From Candidatus Woesearchaeota archaeon UBA525 (GTDB taxonomy: Archaea; Nanobdellota; Nanobdellia; Woesearchaeales; UBA525), in assembly GCA_002498125.1 (NCBI GenBank), contig DAGG01000029.1, positions 898-64,897 of the forward strand: DNA of 64,000 bases. The letters run 5' to 3'. Numbering within the stretch: the first letter of the stretch is position 1; each line of letters opens with the position of its first letter. The notes below the pieces were generated by a model, which was not told the DNA's origin, searched no databases, and saw only the letters and a program-made list of their open reading frames with translations. Of this stretch, positions 27,220 to 36,219 are shown in pieces. Made by a program: the position numbers and the translations under genes.

Positions 27220-30050
27220 AGTACGACCGCAGGCTTCCCAGGCAAGCCGTTCTGCGCCTTCGGAGATTCTGCAGCGCCGGCTTCGAGAATCTCTACCTTC
27301 TTACCAGCGATAGATTCAAGGTACTCGCGGGCGGACTCGAGCCACTCGCGCTCTTGCACAGCCGAAGGCACATCTTGTGGTTGGCGACCTCCCTTGACCA
27401 GGAACGTGACGAGACGCTGCAGTTCTGGGCCGTGCGCAGCGAGCGGTGTCGCGGAAAGGAGCTTCATGATCTCGGCAGGGTTACGCGTCGTCTTCGTCGC
27501 TTCGTCGAACGCCGCATATGCTTCGCGCTTCCAATCAGCAGCGAGGAAGAGCTGCACAGAGGCGGGAGCAGCACTCTTCTCCAGCTGTCGCTGGATGTCA
27601 TCCGCGACTTGGCGAACCATCGCCTCTCGCCTGTCGAGCGCGGGATCGAGAGCCGACGTGTCGACAGCAGGCCACGGCGCGACGCTCACAAAACCATCGT
27701 TGCCGAGCTTCCGCCATCCCTCCTCACACACGTGTGGGATAAATGGAGCAAGCATGACAAGCTGCGCCTCGAGACACTCGCGCAGCAGTTTCTTGTTCTG
27801 CTTACCCGCGGTCCTCACCACATACCACTTGAGCGCATGGTTGATCTCGAAGAACGCGAGTTGGATAGCAGTCCTGAAGTTAGTCTGCTCCATCGCGTCG
27901 GTAATATGTTGTACGGAAGACGCCATAGATGAGCGCAACCATGAGTCCACTGGAGTGGACGTTTCCTCGGTATTGCCCGTGACATCTTCACATGATCGAA
28001 GGAGTGTCTCGAACTTGCCGTGGAGGTTGCCTGCGAAGTTGGAATCCCAATTTGGATCATCCATGCCTTCGCCGCCGTTGAGGATTGTCATGCGCGTAGC
28101 GTCTGCACCGTACTCCTCTGTGAGCTTGCGCACAGGGATTACGTTGCCTAAGCTTTTGCTCATCTTCTGGCCGTTGACCGTTACCCAGCCATTGACTCCA
28201 ATTCCCTTCGGCCAGTGCTCCTCTGGGAAGATGGCACAGTGGTTGAAGAGGAAGAACGTGAGATGGTTCTGCACGAGGTCCTTACCGCTGTTGCGGAAGT
28301 CAACCGGATACCAGTACATGAACTCGGCGCGCAGCGCCTCCACATCAACTCCAGGCATGTTAGGCGCAGTGCCTTTCCCCAGGAGCACGTAGTCGAAGAA
28401 CCTCCTGTCGAGGAGCTTCGGGTCGATATCCTTGATACTGTGCACAATGGTATAGTACGCCATGTACGCTGTGCTGTCAGAGAGTGATTCGATGAGCCAC
28501 CGCTCGTCCCACGGCAGGCGCGTGCCCAAGCCGTACTCACGCGTGCACGCCCAGTCGTTGAGCCAGTCGATGACATACTCGAACTGCTGGCGCGATTTCT
28601 CAGGGTAGAGCGTGACGCCGTCGAGCGCGTGGTGCGTCTTGCGCTTCCACTCGGCGTCGCCATAGGTCACGAACCACTGATCAGATACTATCTTCACGAC
28701 GCTCTGCGTCTGGCAGCGGCATACGACCTTGCCGGTGAGTTCATAGAAGGTCTCTGCCTTCCCACTATCCAGCATGTCCTTCTTCATCTTGTCCTTGGCC
28801 TGCTGCACAGGTTCGCCTGCGTACGGGCCGACGAGCATCGTGCCCTCGTAAAATCCTTTCTTGTAGACTACTTTTTTCGCCTCGTCGAGCTTAGCGCGAT
28901 CATGCTGCGACTTGATGCCCATATCCTCGCAAATCCTCACCGCCGCCATGTCTCCGAGGTCGCTCGATTTGATGATCGCGATTGGCTTGATATCAGCAAC
29001 GATGTTAAGCGGAATCCCCTCCTTCTCAGCAGCGCCTGGTTGCTGCAAGTCGTGGAGACCCATCCAGTCGTCGGGTGCGTCACTCGGGACGCTTGTGACT
29101 ATTCCCGTGCCCTTATCTGGACTGCAGAAATGGCTGGGAAGCACAGGTACGGTGCGGTCGACTGCGGGCGCCATGGCCCTCTTGCCGAGGAGCTCGCTCC
29201 CTTTGACCTTCCCGATGACCTCGACTGCACGCTCCTGCATGAGGAGCTTCTCTGCGCATGCCGCGCTGATGATCCAGGTCTCCTGGCCATGAGGGCCTTT
29301 CACTCGCGCCTTGACGTACTCAATGTCCTTGCCTACCCAGAGGTTAGTCTGGCCGTAGACTGTCTCAGGCCGCAGTGTAGCGGCGATGAGGAACGTGCCT
29401 ATCTCGCCGTCGAGAGGGAACTTGAGCAGCGTGAACTCCTGCGGGGTCTCGCCTTCGCCGACGCTGCGCGCGTGGTCACTGACCGGCGCGCTCTCTTTAG
29501 GGCACCATACGACCGGGTGCCTGCCTTGCTGCACAAGGCCTTTCTCATGGAGCGTGGTGAACTGCCAGCGTATGAACGCGTCGTACTGGGGATTAAGGCT
29601 GGTTGTGATGAACTCGCGTCGCCAGTCGATGCTCAAGCCCACGGCGGAGACATCCTGTTTGTAGCGCGGAGAGAAGTACGCTATCCAGTGCTCTGGATCC
29701 TTGAAGAGCGGGATCTCGTGATCAGGAACGCCGTTCTCCTTGAGTATACCTATCTGCTTGGCGTCACCTTCAGTGACGCGCATGGCCGCGGTGGTTATGG
29801 GACTGCCGGTTGCGTGCCACGCTTGGGGAAACAGCACGTTGAACCCGCGGTGGCGTTTGTAGCGCGCAAATGCCTCGACACGCATCATCGTGAACAGGTG
29901 GCCGATGTGCGGCAGGCCGTTCACGTATGGGTAAGGGAATGTGCAGAAGAATTTCGGCGTGCCTTCCTTCGGCACTGCCTCAAAGAGCTTGGCCTTGTTC
30001 CACTCATCCTGCCAGCGCTGCTCGCGCTCGCGCGTCTGCTCAATACCCAT
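27210..30050 (-). CDS. leuS: Leucyl-tRNA synthetase (archaeal/eukaryal type)
   Basis: HIGH motif (PYVNGLPHIGHLF) and KMSKS (GQKMSKSLGN). Editing-domain-sized insertion. 946 aa. Confidence 0.9.
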   Translation of the reverse strand: MGIEQTREREQRWQDEWNKAKLFEAVPKEGTPKFFCTFPYPYVNGLPHIGHLFTMMRVEAFARYKRHRGFNVLFPQAWHATGSPITTAAMRVTEGDAKQIGILKENGVPDHEIPLFKDPEHWIAYFSPRYKQDVSAVGLSIDWRREFITTSLNPQYDAFIRWQFTTLHEKGLVQQGRHPVVWCPKESAPVSDHARSVGEGETPQEFTLLKFPLDGEIGTFLIAATLRPETVYGQTNLWVGKDIEYVKARVKGPHGQETWIISAACAEKLLMQERAVEVIGKVKGSELLGKRAMAPAVDRTVPVLPSHFCSPDKGTGIVTSVPSDAPDDWMGLHDLQQPGAAEKEGIPLNIVADIKPIAIIKSSDLGDMAAVRICEDMGIKSQHDRAKLDEAKKVVYKKGFYEGTMLVGPYAGEPVQQAKDKMKKDMLDSGKAETFYELTGKVVCRCQTQSVVKIVSDQWFVTYGDAEWKRKTHHALDGVTLYPEKSRQQFEYVIDWLNDWACTREYGLGTRLPWDERWLIESLSDSTAYMAYYTIVHSIKDIDPKLLDRRFFDYVLLGKGTAPNMPGVDVEALRAEFMYWYPVDFRNSGKDLVQNHLTFFLFNHCAIFPEEHWPKGIGVNGWVTVNGQKMSKSLGNVIPVRKLTEEYGADATRMTILNGGEGMDDPNWDSNFAGNLHGKFETLLRSCEDVTGNTEETSTPVDSWLRSSMASSVQHITDAMEQTNFRTAIQLAFFEINHALKWYVVRTAGKQNKKLLRECLEAQLVMLAPFIPHVCEEGWRKLGNDGFVSVAPWPAVDTSALDPALDRREAMVRQVADDIQRQLEKSAAPASVQLFLAADWKREAYAAFDEATKTTRNPAEIMKLLSATPLAAHGPELQRLVTFLVKGGRQPQDVPSAVQEREWLESAREYLESIAGKKVEILEAGAAESPKAQNGLPGKPAVVLQK

Positions 30051-30138
30051 GCTAAGACAACTCCAATTGCGTTCTTAAAGATTGCTGTCCTCGGGCGCAC
30101 TTACCTATCGACGATAAGCAACACCTCGAAAACAAAGG

Positions 30139-30147
30139 CTTTTAAAC
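30139..30147 (+). promoter_or_regulatory. TATA box (cttttaaac) for the 30169 gene
   Basis: About 22-30 nt upstream of the ATG at 30169. Confidence 0.4.
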
Positions 30148-30168
30148 GAATCGTAACTCCTCGGTGAC

Positions 30169-30636
30169 ATGACAGGGGCGACCATAACGGAGAACTCTAT
30201 CGACGCGCTGTGCAAAGAGTACAGCGCAGACCGCGCAGCACGCTTAGGCGCGCAAGTCCAATCGAGCCATAAGTTCCATGCATCGACTATAACAGAGTTC
30301 TCGAATCTGTGGTATTGCAAGAACAACATCCTGCTCCTCGATGAGAATTCCATCTTCCAACCCACGGCTGAAGAGGTGTTCATCTACTGCCCGAGGGAAA
30401 GGAGCACACACCCTCACAGACCAGTGTCGAAGTATGATGCACGCATCAAGTGCACGCCGCAGAACGTGCTCTACATCCGCATCGGAGAGATCACGCAAGA
30501 TATCACTGAGGCACTCGGCTACAAGAACCTGCGCAATAGGTTCGTCTCGATATACAACGGCCGCGTGAAGGACAATGCATGGGGAACGATGTTCCTCGAA
30601 GCACAGCCCGTCAGGCAGAAAGCGAACAGGAAGTAG
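30169..30636 (+). CDS. Hypothetical protein (155 aa)
   Basis: ORF with a well-placed TATA-like element. Preferred over the overlapping antisense ORF 30244..30672. Confidence 0.4.
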   Translation: MTGATITENSIDALCKEYSADRAARLGAQVQSSHKFHASTITEFSNLWYCKNNILLLDENSIFQPTAEEVFIYCPRERSTHPHRPVSKYDARIKCTPQNVLYIRIGEITQDITEALGYKNLRNRFVSIYNGRVKDNAWGTMFLEAQPVRQKANRK

Positions 30637-30713
30637 TCGCCGCTCGTCATCTTTTGCTCTACACAGAACCATTGTAGAATCAAATAGTAGACAGCAAATC
30701 CGGCAAAGATATT

Positions 30714-30911
30714 CTAGAACCGCTTGAACTTCGCCGCGGTGTCGATGAGGTCGACGTGGCCGAGGAACAGTGCGCGGCAGCAGTAGCGCTCGAGACCTAA
30801 GTCATCCATGACAGCCTTGGCGTCCTCGCCCTTCTGCGTGCGCTCAGTGTAGTCCTTCCACAGCTGTGCGACTGGTTTTCCGCAGGAAAAGCACCTGATT
30901 GGGATGATCAT
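30714..30911 (-). CDS. rpoN: DNA-directed RNA polymerase subunit N (Rpb10)
   Basis: MIIPIRCFSCGK...RYCCRALFLGHVDLID is the canonical RpoN zinc-bundle sequence. Confidence 0.85.
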   Translation of the reverse strand: MIIPIRCFSCGKPVAQLWKDYTERTQKGEDAKAVMDDLGLERYCCRALFLGHVDLIDTAAKFKRF

Positions 30912-30956
30912 TTTTTGTTCGCCTCTTTGATTAAGGAATAGGAAAAAGGATGGAGC

Positions 30957-31364
30957 CTAACGGTAGCTCTTCTGGGTCTTCGCCCTGGCCTGTCCGTGGC
31001 TGTTCGGCTTCGCGCTCTCCTTACGCCTAATATCGGCGACGAGGAGCTGACGGTCGTAGTCGAGGAAACGCTCCTTGAGGCTTCCGTCGTACTGCACGAG
31101 TGCACGGCCGATGGCCAGACGCACTGCATCAGCCTGACCAGTCACGCCGCCGCCGTTCACGCGGACCTTGACATCGAGCTTGCCCGACATCTCGCCTGCG
31201 AGGATGAGCGGCTCACGGATGCGGATGCGGTTGATCTCGTTGCCGTAGTGCGCGAGCGCGACATTGTTCACTGTGATGGTGCCCTTGCCCGGCGCGACGG
31301 TAACGCGCGCGACAGCGCGCTTGCGCTTACCGCTCGTGTGGAAATTCTTAGGAGCTTTAATCAT
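30957..31364 (-). CDS. rps9: 30S ribosomal protein S9 (uS9)
   Basis: GKRKRAVARV...C-terminal ARAKTQKSYR. Confidence 0.9.
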   Translation of the reverse strand: MIKAPKNFHTSGKRKRAVARVTVAPGKGTITVNNVALAHYGNEINRIRIREPLILAGEMSGKLDVKVRVNGGGVTGQADAVRLAIGRALVQYDGSLKERFLDYDRQLLVADIRRKESAKPNSHGQARAKTQKSYR

Positions 31365-31821
31365 ACCACTTGCCTCCGAGTTCCTTGCACAGCTGCGCGA
31401 TAGTCATGTAGCGGCTCTCCGGCAGCTTACTCGCATCCGCGCCAGCGATCTTGTGCGCCTGCACGCCCTTGAGCTCTGTCGGCACACCGATGTAGCACAT
31501 CGTGTTCGCGAAAGCGACACGGCCGCGCGGCTGGTGGTACGGCAGCATGCCGCGGATGATACGGCGCAGCATGCGGTCAGGATACCTGTGAATGAACGGT
31601 CCCTTGCGCGGGACTCCCATGAGGAAGCGGCGCTTCCACTCAGGGACGAGGAACTTCTTGGTGCCGCTGATCACAGCCTTCTCCGCATTGATGATACGGA
31701 CCTTATTGCCGTGCAGTGCCTGCTTTGCCGCCTGCGTTGCGATGCGGCCGACGAGAGCGTTCTCTGCGTCAATCACGTACAGCTTATCCTGCGGATTATG
31801 GGGCTTGTCTGCTTTAGCCAA
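31357..31821 (-). CDS. rpl13: 50S ribosomal protein L13 (uL13)
   Basis: LYVIDAENALVGRIATQAAKQAL...RIINAEKAVISG. Confidence 0.9.
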   Translation of the reverse strand: MAKADKPHNPQDKLYVIDAENALVGRIATQAAKQALHGNKVRIINAEKAVISGTKKFLVPEWKRRFLMGVPRKGPFIHRYPDRMLRRIIRGMLPYHQPRGRVAFANTMCYIGVPTELKGVQAHKIAGADASKLPESRYMTIAQLCKELGGKWYD

Positions 31822-32158
31822 GGATCTTCACCTTCTTTCCTTTCGGGTTGCTCTTGACGAGCTCCGTGATGCTCATGACCTTGCCGGCATGAGCAATCTT
31901 GCCGCGCGCCTCATCGCTGAAAGCGAATGCGACGACAGTGATCTTCTTCGTGAGTGTCCCTTCACCGAGAACCTTACCAGGCACGATGACGGTGTCGCCA
32001 TCTGCCGCGTTTGCGTCAATCTTGAAGAGGTTGACGATACGGCGGCTCCTTGACGGCTTCTCCAGGTCCTCTGCGATGCGTTTCCAGAGCGGCGCCTGCT
32101 GCTCGATGCTGGCCTTCTTCAGCGTCTGGATGAGCGCTTCGGTGTGTTGGTTCTTCAT
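31814..32158 (-). CDS. rpl18e: 50S ribosomal protein L18e (eL18)
   Basis: Archaea/eukarya-specific L18e sequence. Sits in the conserved position between rpoD and rpl13. Confidence 0.85.
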   Translation of the reverse strand: MKNQHTEALIQTLKKASIEQQAPLWKRIAEDLEKPSRSRRIVNLFKIDANAADGDTVIVPGKVLGEGTLTKKITVVAFAFSDEARGKIAHAGKVMSITELVKSNPKGKKVKILG

Positions 32159-32249
32159 GTTGATTCACTCGGTGATTGTAAATGGATGGTGCGGGAGACA
32201 GGATGCACTCGCTTGCGCTCGTTACCCTGTCTCCGAGCTTCGCTATGGA

Positions 32250-32333
32250 TGCGGGAGACAGGATTCGAACCTGCGAAGACACAAGGCCACTGGCACCTCA
32301 AGCCAGCCCATTTGACCGCTCTGGCACTCCCGC
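32250..32333 (-). tRNA. tRNA-Leu (anticodon GAG), class II with long variable arm
   Basis: Acceptor GCGGGAG/CTCCCGC plus A73. Three-bp D-stem. Anticodon stem CTGGC/GCCAG with loop TTGAGGT. T-arm GCAGGTTCGAATCCTGT. Confidence 0.8.
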
Positions 32334-32394
32334 TTCATTGCGGGCGCGGCCCGTGCTTTGCCCGCTTCTGGACCACGCACATTCGGTGCGCATC

Positions 32395-33174
32395 CTACTG
32401 TGTCTTGAGGAGCTGTTCGAACTCCTTCAATTGACCGTTATACGTCTCGATCGCTGCCGAGATGATCTCCTTGGGCTCGAGCTGTCCCCAGGACTCAATC
32501 CTGAAGAGGAAGTCGTTCTCAGTCGCGACCTCCACACTCTTGCCACTATCGACATCGACGCATGCCATGCACAGGATGCACGTACGCTCATCAGTGAGCG
32601 TCGTCTTCCCTGCTTTCTCGACCAGCGTACCAGTCGGGCAGGCCTGCGCGCATGCGAGGTTGCCTGGATTCTTGATCGTGATCTTCGGGATCTTGCGGTA
32701 AAACACGTGACCGCTGCTCCACTTGGCGTGGCGCTTGCCGATACCCATGACTGCTGTCGCCTCGAGCTGGAGCTCCTGGCCCTCGAGCAACTTGACCAGG
32801 GGTATCTCCGGGAACACCGGCTTGACCTTCGGGTCCTTGGACTTGAGGTCCTTGGAATATACGATGCACGGGCCCTTGGCCTCGAGCGTGAGCTTGACAC
32901 TGGACTGCGCGAGGTACTCGCCGGTCTCCAGCTCCTCTGCTGTCGGGAGCACGTAGCTCTCGATGTCAGTGGTGAGCGGCACGAGACCGATGCGGTGCGC
33001 CAGCACCTCGTCATAGAGGATGCTGTCGTTCTTCACGAACTCGCAAATCTCGATCGCCATGACCGGGACCTCGTTCGCCATAAGGCGACGGAGCGTGTTC
33101 ATGTACCAGTCGTGCGAGTCCTTGATCTCAAGCTCGAGGAGGTTTCCTTTGGCCTTGATCTTGGATAGCTTCAT
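32395..33174 (-). CDS. rpoD: DNA-directed RNA polymerase subunit D (Rpb3-like) with ferredoxin-like Cys cluster
   Basis: NTLRRLMANEVPVMAI and the CAQACPTG...CILCMACVD 4Fe-4S-like insert, typical of archaeal RpoD. Confidence 0.85.
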   Translation of the reverse strand: MKLSKIKAKGNLLELEIKDSHDWYMNTLRRLMANEVPVMAIEICEFVKNDSILYDEVLAHRIGLVPLTTDIESYVLPTAEELETGEYLAQSSVKLTLEAKGPCIVYSKDLKSKDPKVKPVFPEIPLVKLLEGQELQLEATAVMGIGKRHAKWSSGHVFYRKIPKITIKNPGNLACAQACPTGTLVEKAGKTTLTDERTCILCMACVDVDSGKSVEVATENDFLFRIESWGQLEPKEIISAAIETYNGQLKEFEQLLKTQ

Positions 33175-33195
33175 GGTATCACTCGTGATTATGAC

Positions 33196-33690
33196 TTATA
33201 CGCGGCGTCCGCGCTTTCCGCCCTTCTTGCGGCATCCGCCGTGGGGGATGGGGGTGACGTCCTCGATGAGGCCAATCTTCAGGCCGCGGCGGCTGAGCGC
33301 ACGGACTGCTGCCTGCGCACCAGGACCTGGGTTCATCGGGCCATTGTGCCCGCCAGGTGCGCGGATGCGAATGTGCACGCCAGTGATGCCCTTATCGAGG
33401 CAAATCTCGGCGAGCTTACGTGCGCCGCTCATCGCGGTCGTCGGGCTGCTCTCGAGGCGGTCTGACTTGACCATCTGGCCACCGCTCACGAGACCGATGG
33501 TCTCGCTGCCGGTGACGTCAGTGACGTGCATGATCGTGTTGTTGTATGAGCTGAAGATGTGGCAGATGCCCCAGCGGGTAGACTGAGCCCTCTGCTGTGG
33601 GACTGCCTCAGGAGCGGGAGCCTCGGCTGCTGTCGCGATGTTCGCGGTCGCTGCCTCTTCAGTTGCGTGCGGTTTTGTCATGATTATCAC
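33196..33690 (-). CDS. rps11: 30S ribosomal protein S11 (uS11), with Ala/Glu-rich N-terminal extension
   Basis: [19 protein letters not shown] core. Confidence 0.85.
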   Translation of the reverse strand: MIIMTKPHATEEAATANIATAAEAPAPEAVPQQRAQSTRWGICHIFSSYNNTIMHVTDVTGSETIGLVSGGQMVKSDRLESSPTTAMSGARKLAEICLDKGITGVHIRIRAPGGHNGPMNPGPGAQAAVRALSRRGLKIGLIEDVTPIPHGGCRKKGGKRGRRV

Positions 33691-34418
33691 TCAGTCTTAG
33701 GTTCAGGAGCTACGGGAGCATCGTCAGCCAGTTCAGGAGCGTCCATCTTGAGATCAGCGACTGAAGCATCAGCGTCAAGGTCGCCCTTCTTCTTCTCCTC
33801 AGGGTCCTCGACTTCTGTAGCCTCGAAGACGACAATCTCGTCGCTCTTGAATCCGCGCTTCTTGTCCTTTGCGCGCTGCTTCTGCTGCTTGCGGAGCATG
33901 AGGTCCTCATTGAAGCTCTCAGGGTGCTCTGTGCTCATGTATGCGCTGTCCGGAGCGTAGCCGATGCTTGACTCCTCTCCCAGGGGGACGAGGAATGATG
34001 GTGAAGTCACCTTCTTTCCGCCGACACTGATGTGCTCGTGCACGATGAGCTGGCGGGCGTGGTGAATGCTGCGCGCGAGGCGCTTCTTGAATACGAGTGT
34101 CTGGAGGCGACGGTTCATGATGTCGCGCAGCTGCAGGCCAAGGATGTCATCCATGCCACCGTCCATCTTAATCAGGGCGAGGCGCGTCATGCGCGACACC
34201 ATCTGCTGGCGTTCCTTCTCAGCCTGCTCATCGAGACGCGTGAGCAGGAGCTTCGCCTGGTCCTTAAAGGACTTCAGGGCAGATTCCATCTTCCATATCT
34301 CCTTCTTGTTCGCGACACCATACTTGCTCTTGATGTCACGCTCAAGCTGGATGCGCGTGGCGTTCCACGGGTGCATCGGCGTCGTGTACTTCTTCTTGAA
34401 ACGCTTGATGTCTCCCAT
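33687..34418 (-). CDS. rps4: 30S ribosomal protein S4 (uS4), with ~60-aa acidic/Lys-rich C-terminal extension
   Basis: [19 protein letters not shown]..., the archaeal S4 N-terminus. The tail [33 protein letters not shown]...APEPKTE goes beyond the usual length. Confidence 0.85.
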   Translation of the reverse strand: MGDIKRFKKKYTTPMHPWNATRIQLERDIKSKYGVANKKEIWKMESALKSFKDQAKLLLTRLDEQAEKERQQMVSRMTRLALIKMDGGMDDILGLQLRDIMNRRLQTLVFKKRLARSIHHARQLIVHEHISVGGKKVTSPSFLVPLGEESSIGYAPDSAYMSTEHPESFNEDLMLRKQQKQRAKDKKRGFKSDEIVVFEATEVEDPEEKKKGDLDADASVADLKMDAPELADDAPVAPEPKTE

Positions 34419-34420
34419 GA

Positions 34421-34888
34421 TTAGCTCCTCGCAGGACGCGCCTGGCGCGCCTGCTTCTTGCCTGAGCCCTTCTTCCTGTTCTTGCGGAAGTTCGACTTCG
34501 TGCGCTGTCCGCGGACCGGCAGACCGACCGCGTGGCGGAGGCCCTTGTAGGTCTTCAGCTTCTTCATGCGCTTGATATCATTGTCCTTGCTATAAGCGAT
34601 ATCAGATCCCGTGATGTGCACGTCCTCACCGGTCTCGGTGTCGTTGCGGCGGTTGAGCATCCATATCGGGACGCCCGCGCTCTTGGGGCTCTTGATGACT
34701 TCAGTGAGGCGCTTCTCCTCGGTATCATCGAGGTCGCCGGCTTTCTTGGCGCGGTCGACTCCGGCAAGATAGCAGATGGCGTTGGCGAACATGTGGTCGA
34801 CGCCCTTGATCTTGCGCAGCGCCATGACGATAGGCTTCTCGCCGACGAGGTCGGTGTTCGCGATGCGGACGATGTACTTAGTTGCCAT
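34421..34888 (-). CDS. rps13: 30S ribosomal protein S13 (uS13)
   Basis: IVRIANTDLVGEKPIVMALRKIKGV. Confidence 0.9.
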   Translation of the reverse strand: MATKYIVRIANTDLVGEKPIVMALRKIKGVDHMFANAICYLAGVDRAKKAGDLDDTEEKRLTEVIKSPKSAGVPIWMLNRRNDTETGEDVHITGSDIAYSKDNDIKRMKKLKTYKGLRHAVGLPVRGQRTKSNFRKNRKKGSGKKQARQARPARS

Positions 34889-34984
34889 TGATTATGCCTG
34901 TTGCGTCGAGTGCGTTGAGAAATCCCTGTTTAGGGCTCGTCCTCAACGCGTTAACTCGGACGAATAAGAATGGAGATTTTGAGG

Positions 34985-36016
34985 TTATTTAAAAGCCTTG
35001 TGGTTGCGCGTCGAGCGGTGCGTCAGGAACGCCGCCGCGAGGAGCACGAGCAGGACGAAGATCACAAATCCCCAGAAGAGCTGCCGTCCTGGCGCTGGAG
35101 GAGGAGCCACTGGTTCGGGGATGTTCGCGAGCAGCAGTATCTGCTTGGCGTCGTCGCGTGCCTGGACTGTGAATGTGAAGCTGCGCTTGCCTTCGATGCC
35201 TGGGCGCGCCCATACCTGTATTGCGCCGTCGCGCGCTTCGCCTGCAGGAATCACGATGACCGTACCAGGATTGATCTCAGCGTAGCCCCACTCATCGAGG
35301 CCTGTCGCGGAGAGCACGTATGCCCTACTCTCTGATTGCTTGTTATGGATGGTGAATGGGTAGAGTGCTCCTGTCGGGCCGACATCCTGCACCTCAAGGA
35401 TGTTCACTACCGTCGTGTCGCCGCCAGTCTCGGCATCGCATGTGCCGCTGGAGACTACTGGTGCCCGGACCGCCTGGGAGAAGTATTCTTTCTGTCCCGG
35501 CGCGAATGGGTACTCTGCGATGATTGCGAAGTCGGTCATCCTGGTCGCTGCGCACTCAGGCACGCGCACGATGAGCTCGCGTTTGGTGCGCTCGCCCGGC
35601 TGGATGACTGAGATGCGCTCGTTCGCCGCGACGCCGAGGCGTGGCACGTCGAGCTTGACCTCGACGTTGCGCATCGGGTAGGCGCGCGAGTTCATGAGCC
35701 AGACCGACACCACGAGGCTGCGGCCTTGCATCGGACTCTCTGGCTCGAAACGGATCTCATCGATGACCAGGTCACACGCGTCGCCGATGCCGTTGCGGTC
35801 ACGGTCTACCTGGTCTGGATTGTTCGTGAGCGGGCAGTTGTCGAACGGGTCTGGTGTGCGGTCGCAGTCGACATCGCGCAGCGCGCCCTCGTTCGTGGAA
35901 ATGACGCAGCCACTGAAGCCTGCCGGAGGCAGTTCCGCATATGCAGGCACTACTAATGATAAGAGTATAAGGATGGCCGCCAGGTTCTTGCCCCAGTGCA
36001 TAGGCTTGGAGTCCAC
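34985..36016 (-). CDS. Surface protein with TSP3-like Ca-binding repeat, CARDB-like domain and C-terminal TM anchor (paralog of 25486..26565)
   Basis: Signal peptide. DVDCDRTPDPFDNCPLTNNPDQVDRDRNGIGDACD. C-terminal FWGFVIFVLLVLLAAAFL anchor plus basic tail. Confidence 0.65.
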   Translation of the reverse strand: MDSKPMHWGKNLAAILILLSLVVPAYAELPPAGFSGCVISTNEGALRDVDCDRTPDPFDNCPLTNNPDQVDRDRNGIGDACDLVIDEIRFEPESPMQGRSLVVSVWLMNSRAYPMRNVEVKLDVPRLGVAANERISVIQPGERTKRELIVRVPECAATRMTDFAIIAEYPFAPGQKEYFSQAVRAPVVSSGTCDAETGGDTTVVNILEVQDVGPTGALYPFTIHNKQSESRAYVLSATGLDEWGYAEINPGTVIVIPAGEARDGAIQVWARPGIEGKRSFTFTVQARDDAKQILLLANIPEPVAPPPAPGRQLFWGFVIFVLLVLLAAAFLTHRSTRNHKAFK

Positions 36017-36219
36017 CCTGGACTATTTAAAGTTTCACACGGATGTCATCGCTATCTTCCCGGAGTGCTGCGGCGGGAGCACCAGTGCATTGTTTCAGCG
36101 CTCGCCTTGCGAGTTCGCTTCGCTCCTCGCTCTCGCGCTTCAGGAGATACGCCAAGGCAGCACCAGATTTAGTAATTGCATCTCTTATGAATAAGAAAAA
36201 TATAGAATCAGATATGTGT

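Noticed and set aside
28629-30167. 512-aa plus-strand ORF antisense to leuS
   Set aside because: leuS has HIGH/KMSKS motifs and full length. The antisense frame has no motifs and a high Arg/Leu/Ala bias.
30244-30672. 142-aa minus-strand ORF overlapping the 30169..30636 plus ORF
   Set aside because: The plus ORF has a correctly spaced TATA box and an ATG. The minus ORF lacks a promoter and would run into rpoN's promoter region. Neither is strongly supported.
32189-32333. tRNA-Leu 3' duplication as an integrative-element attachment site
   Set aside because: The two copies are only 60 bp apart and form a hairpin. No integrase, and no foreign DNA block, lies between or beside them.
32182-33168. 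328-aa plus-strand ORF and 195-aa minus-frame ORF overlapping rpoD and tRNA-Leu
   Set aside because: They overlap the conserved rpoD gene and the tRNA. They are Arg/Asp-rich low-complexity translations.
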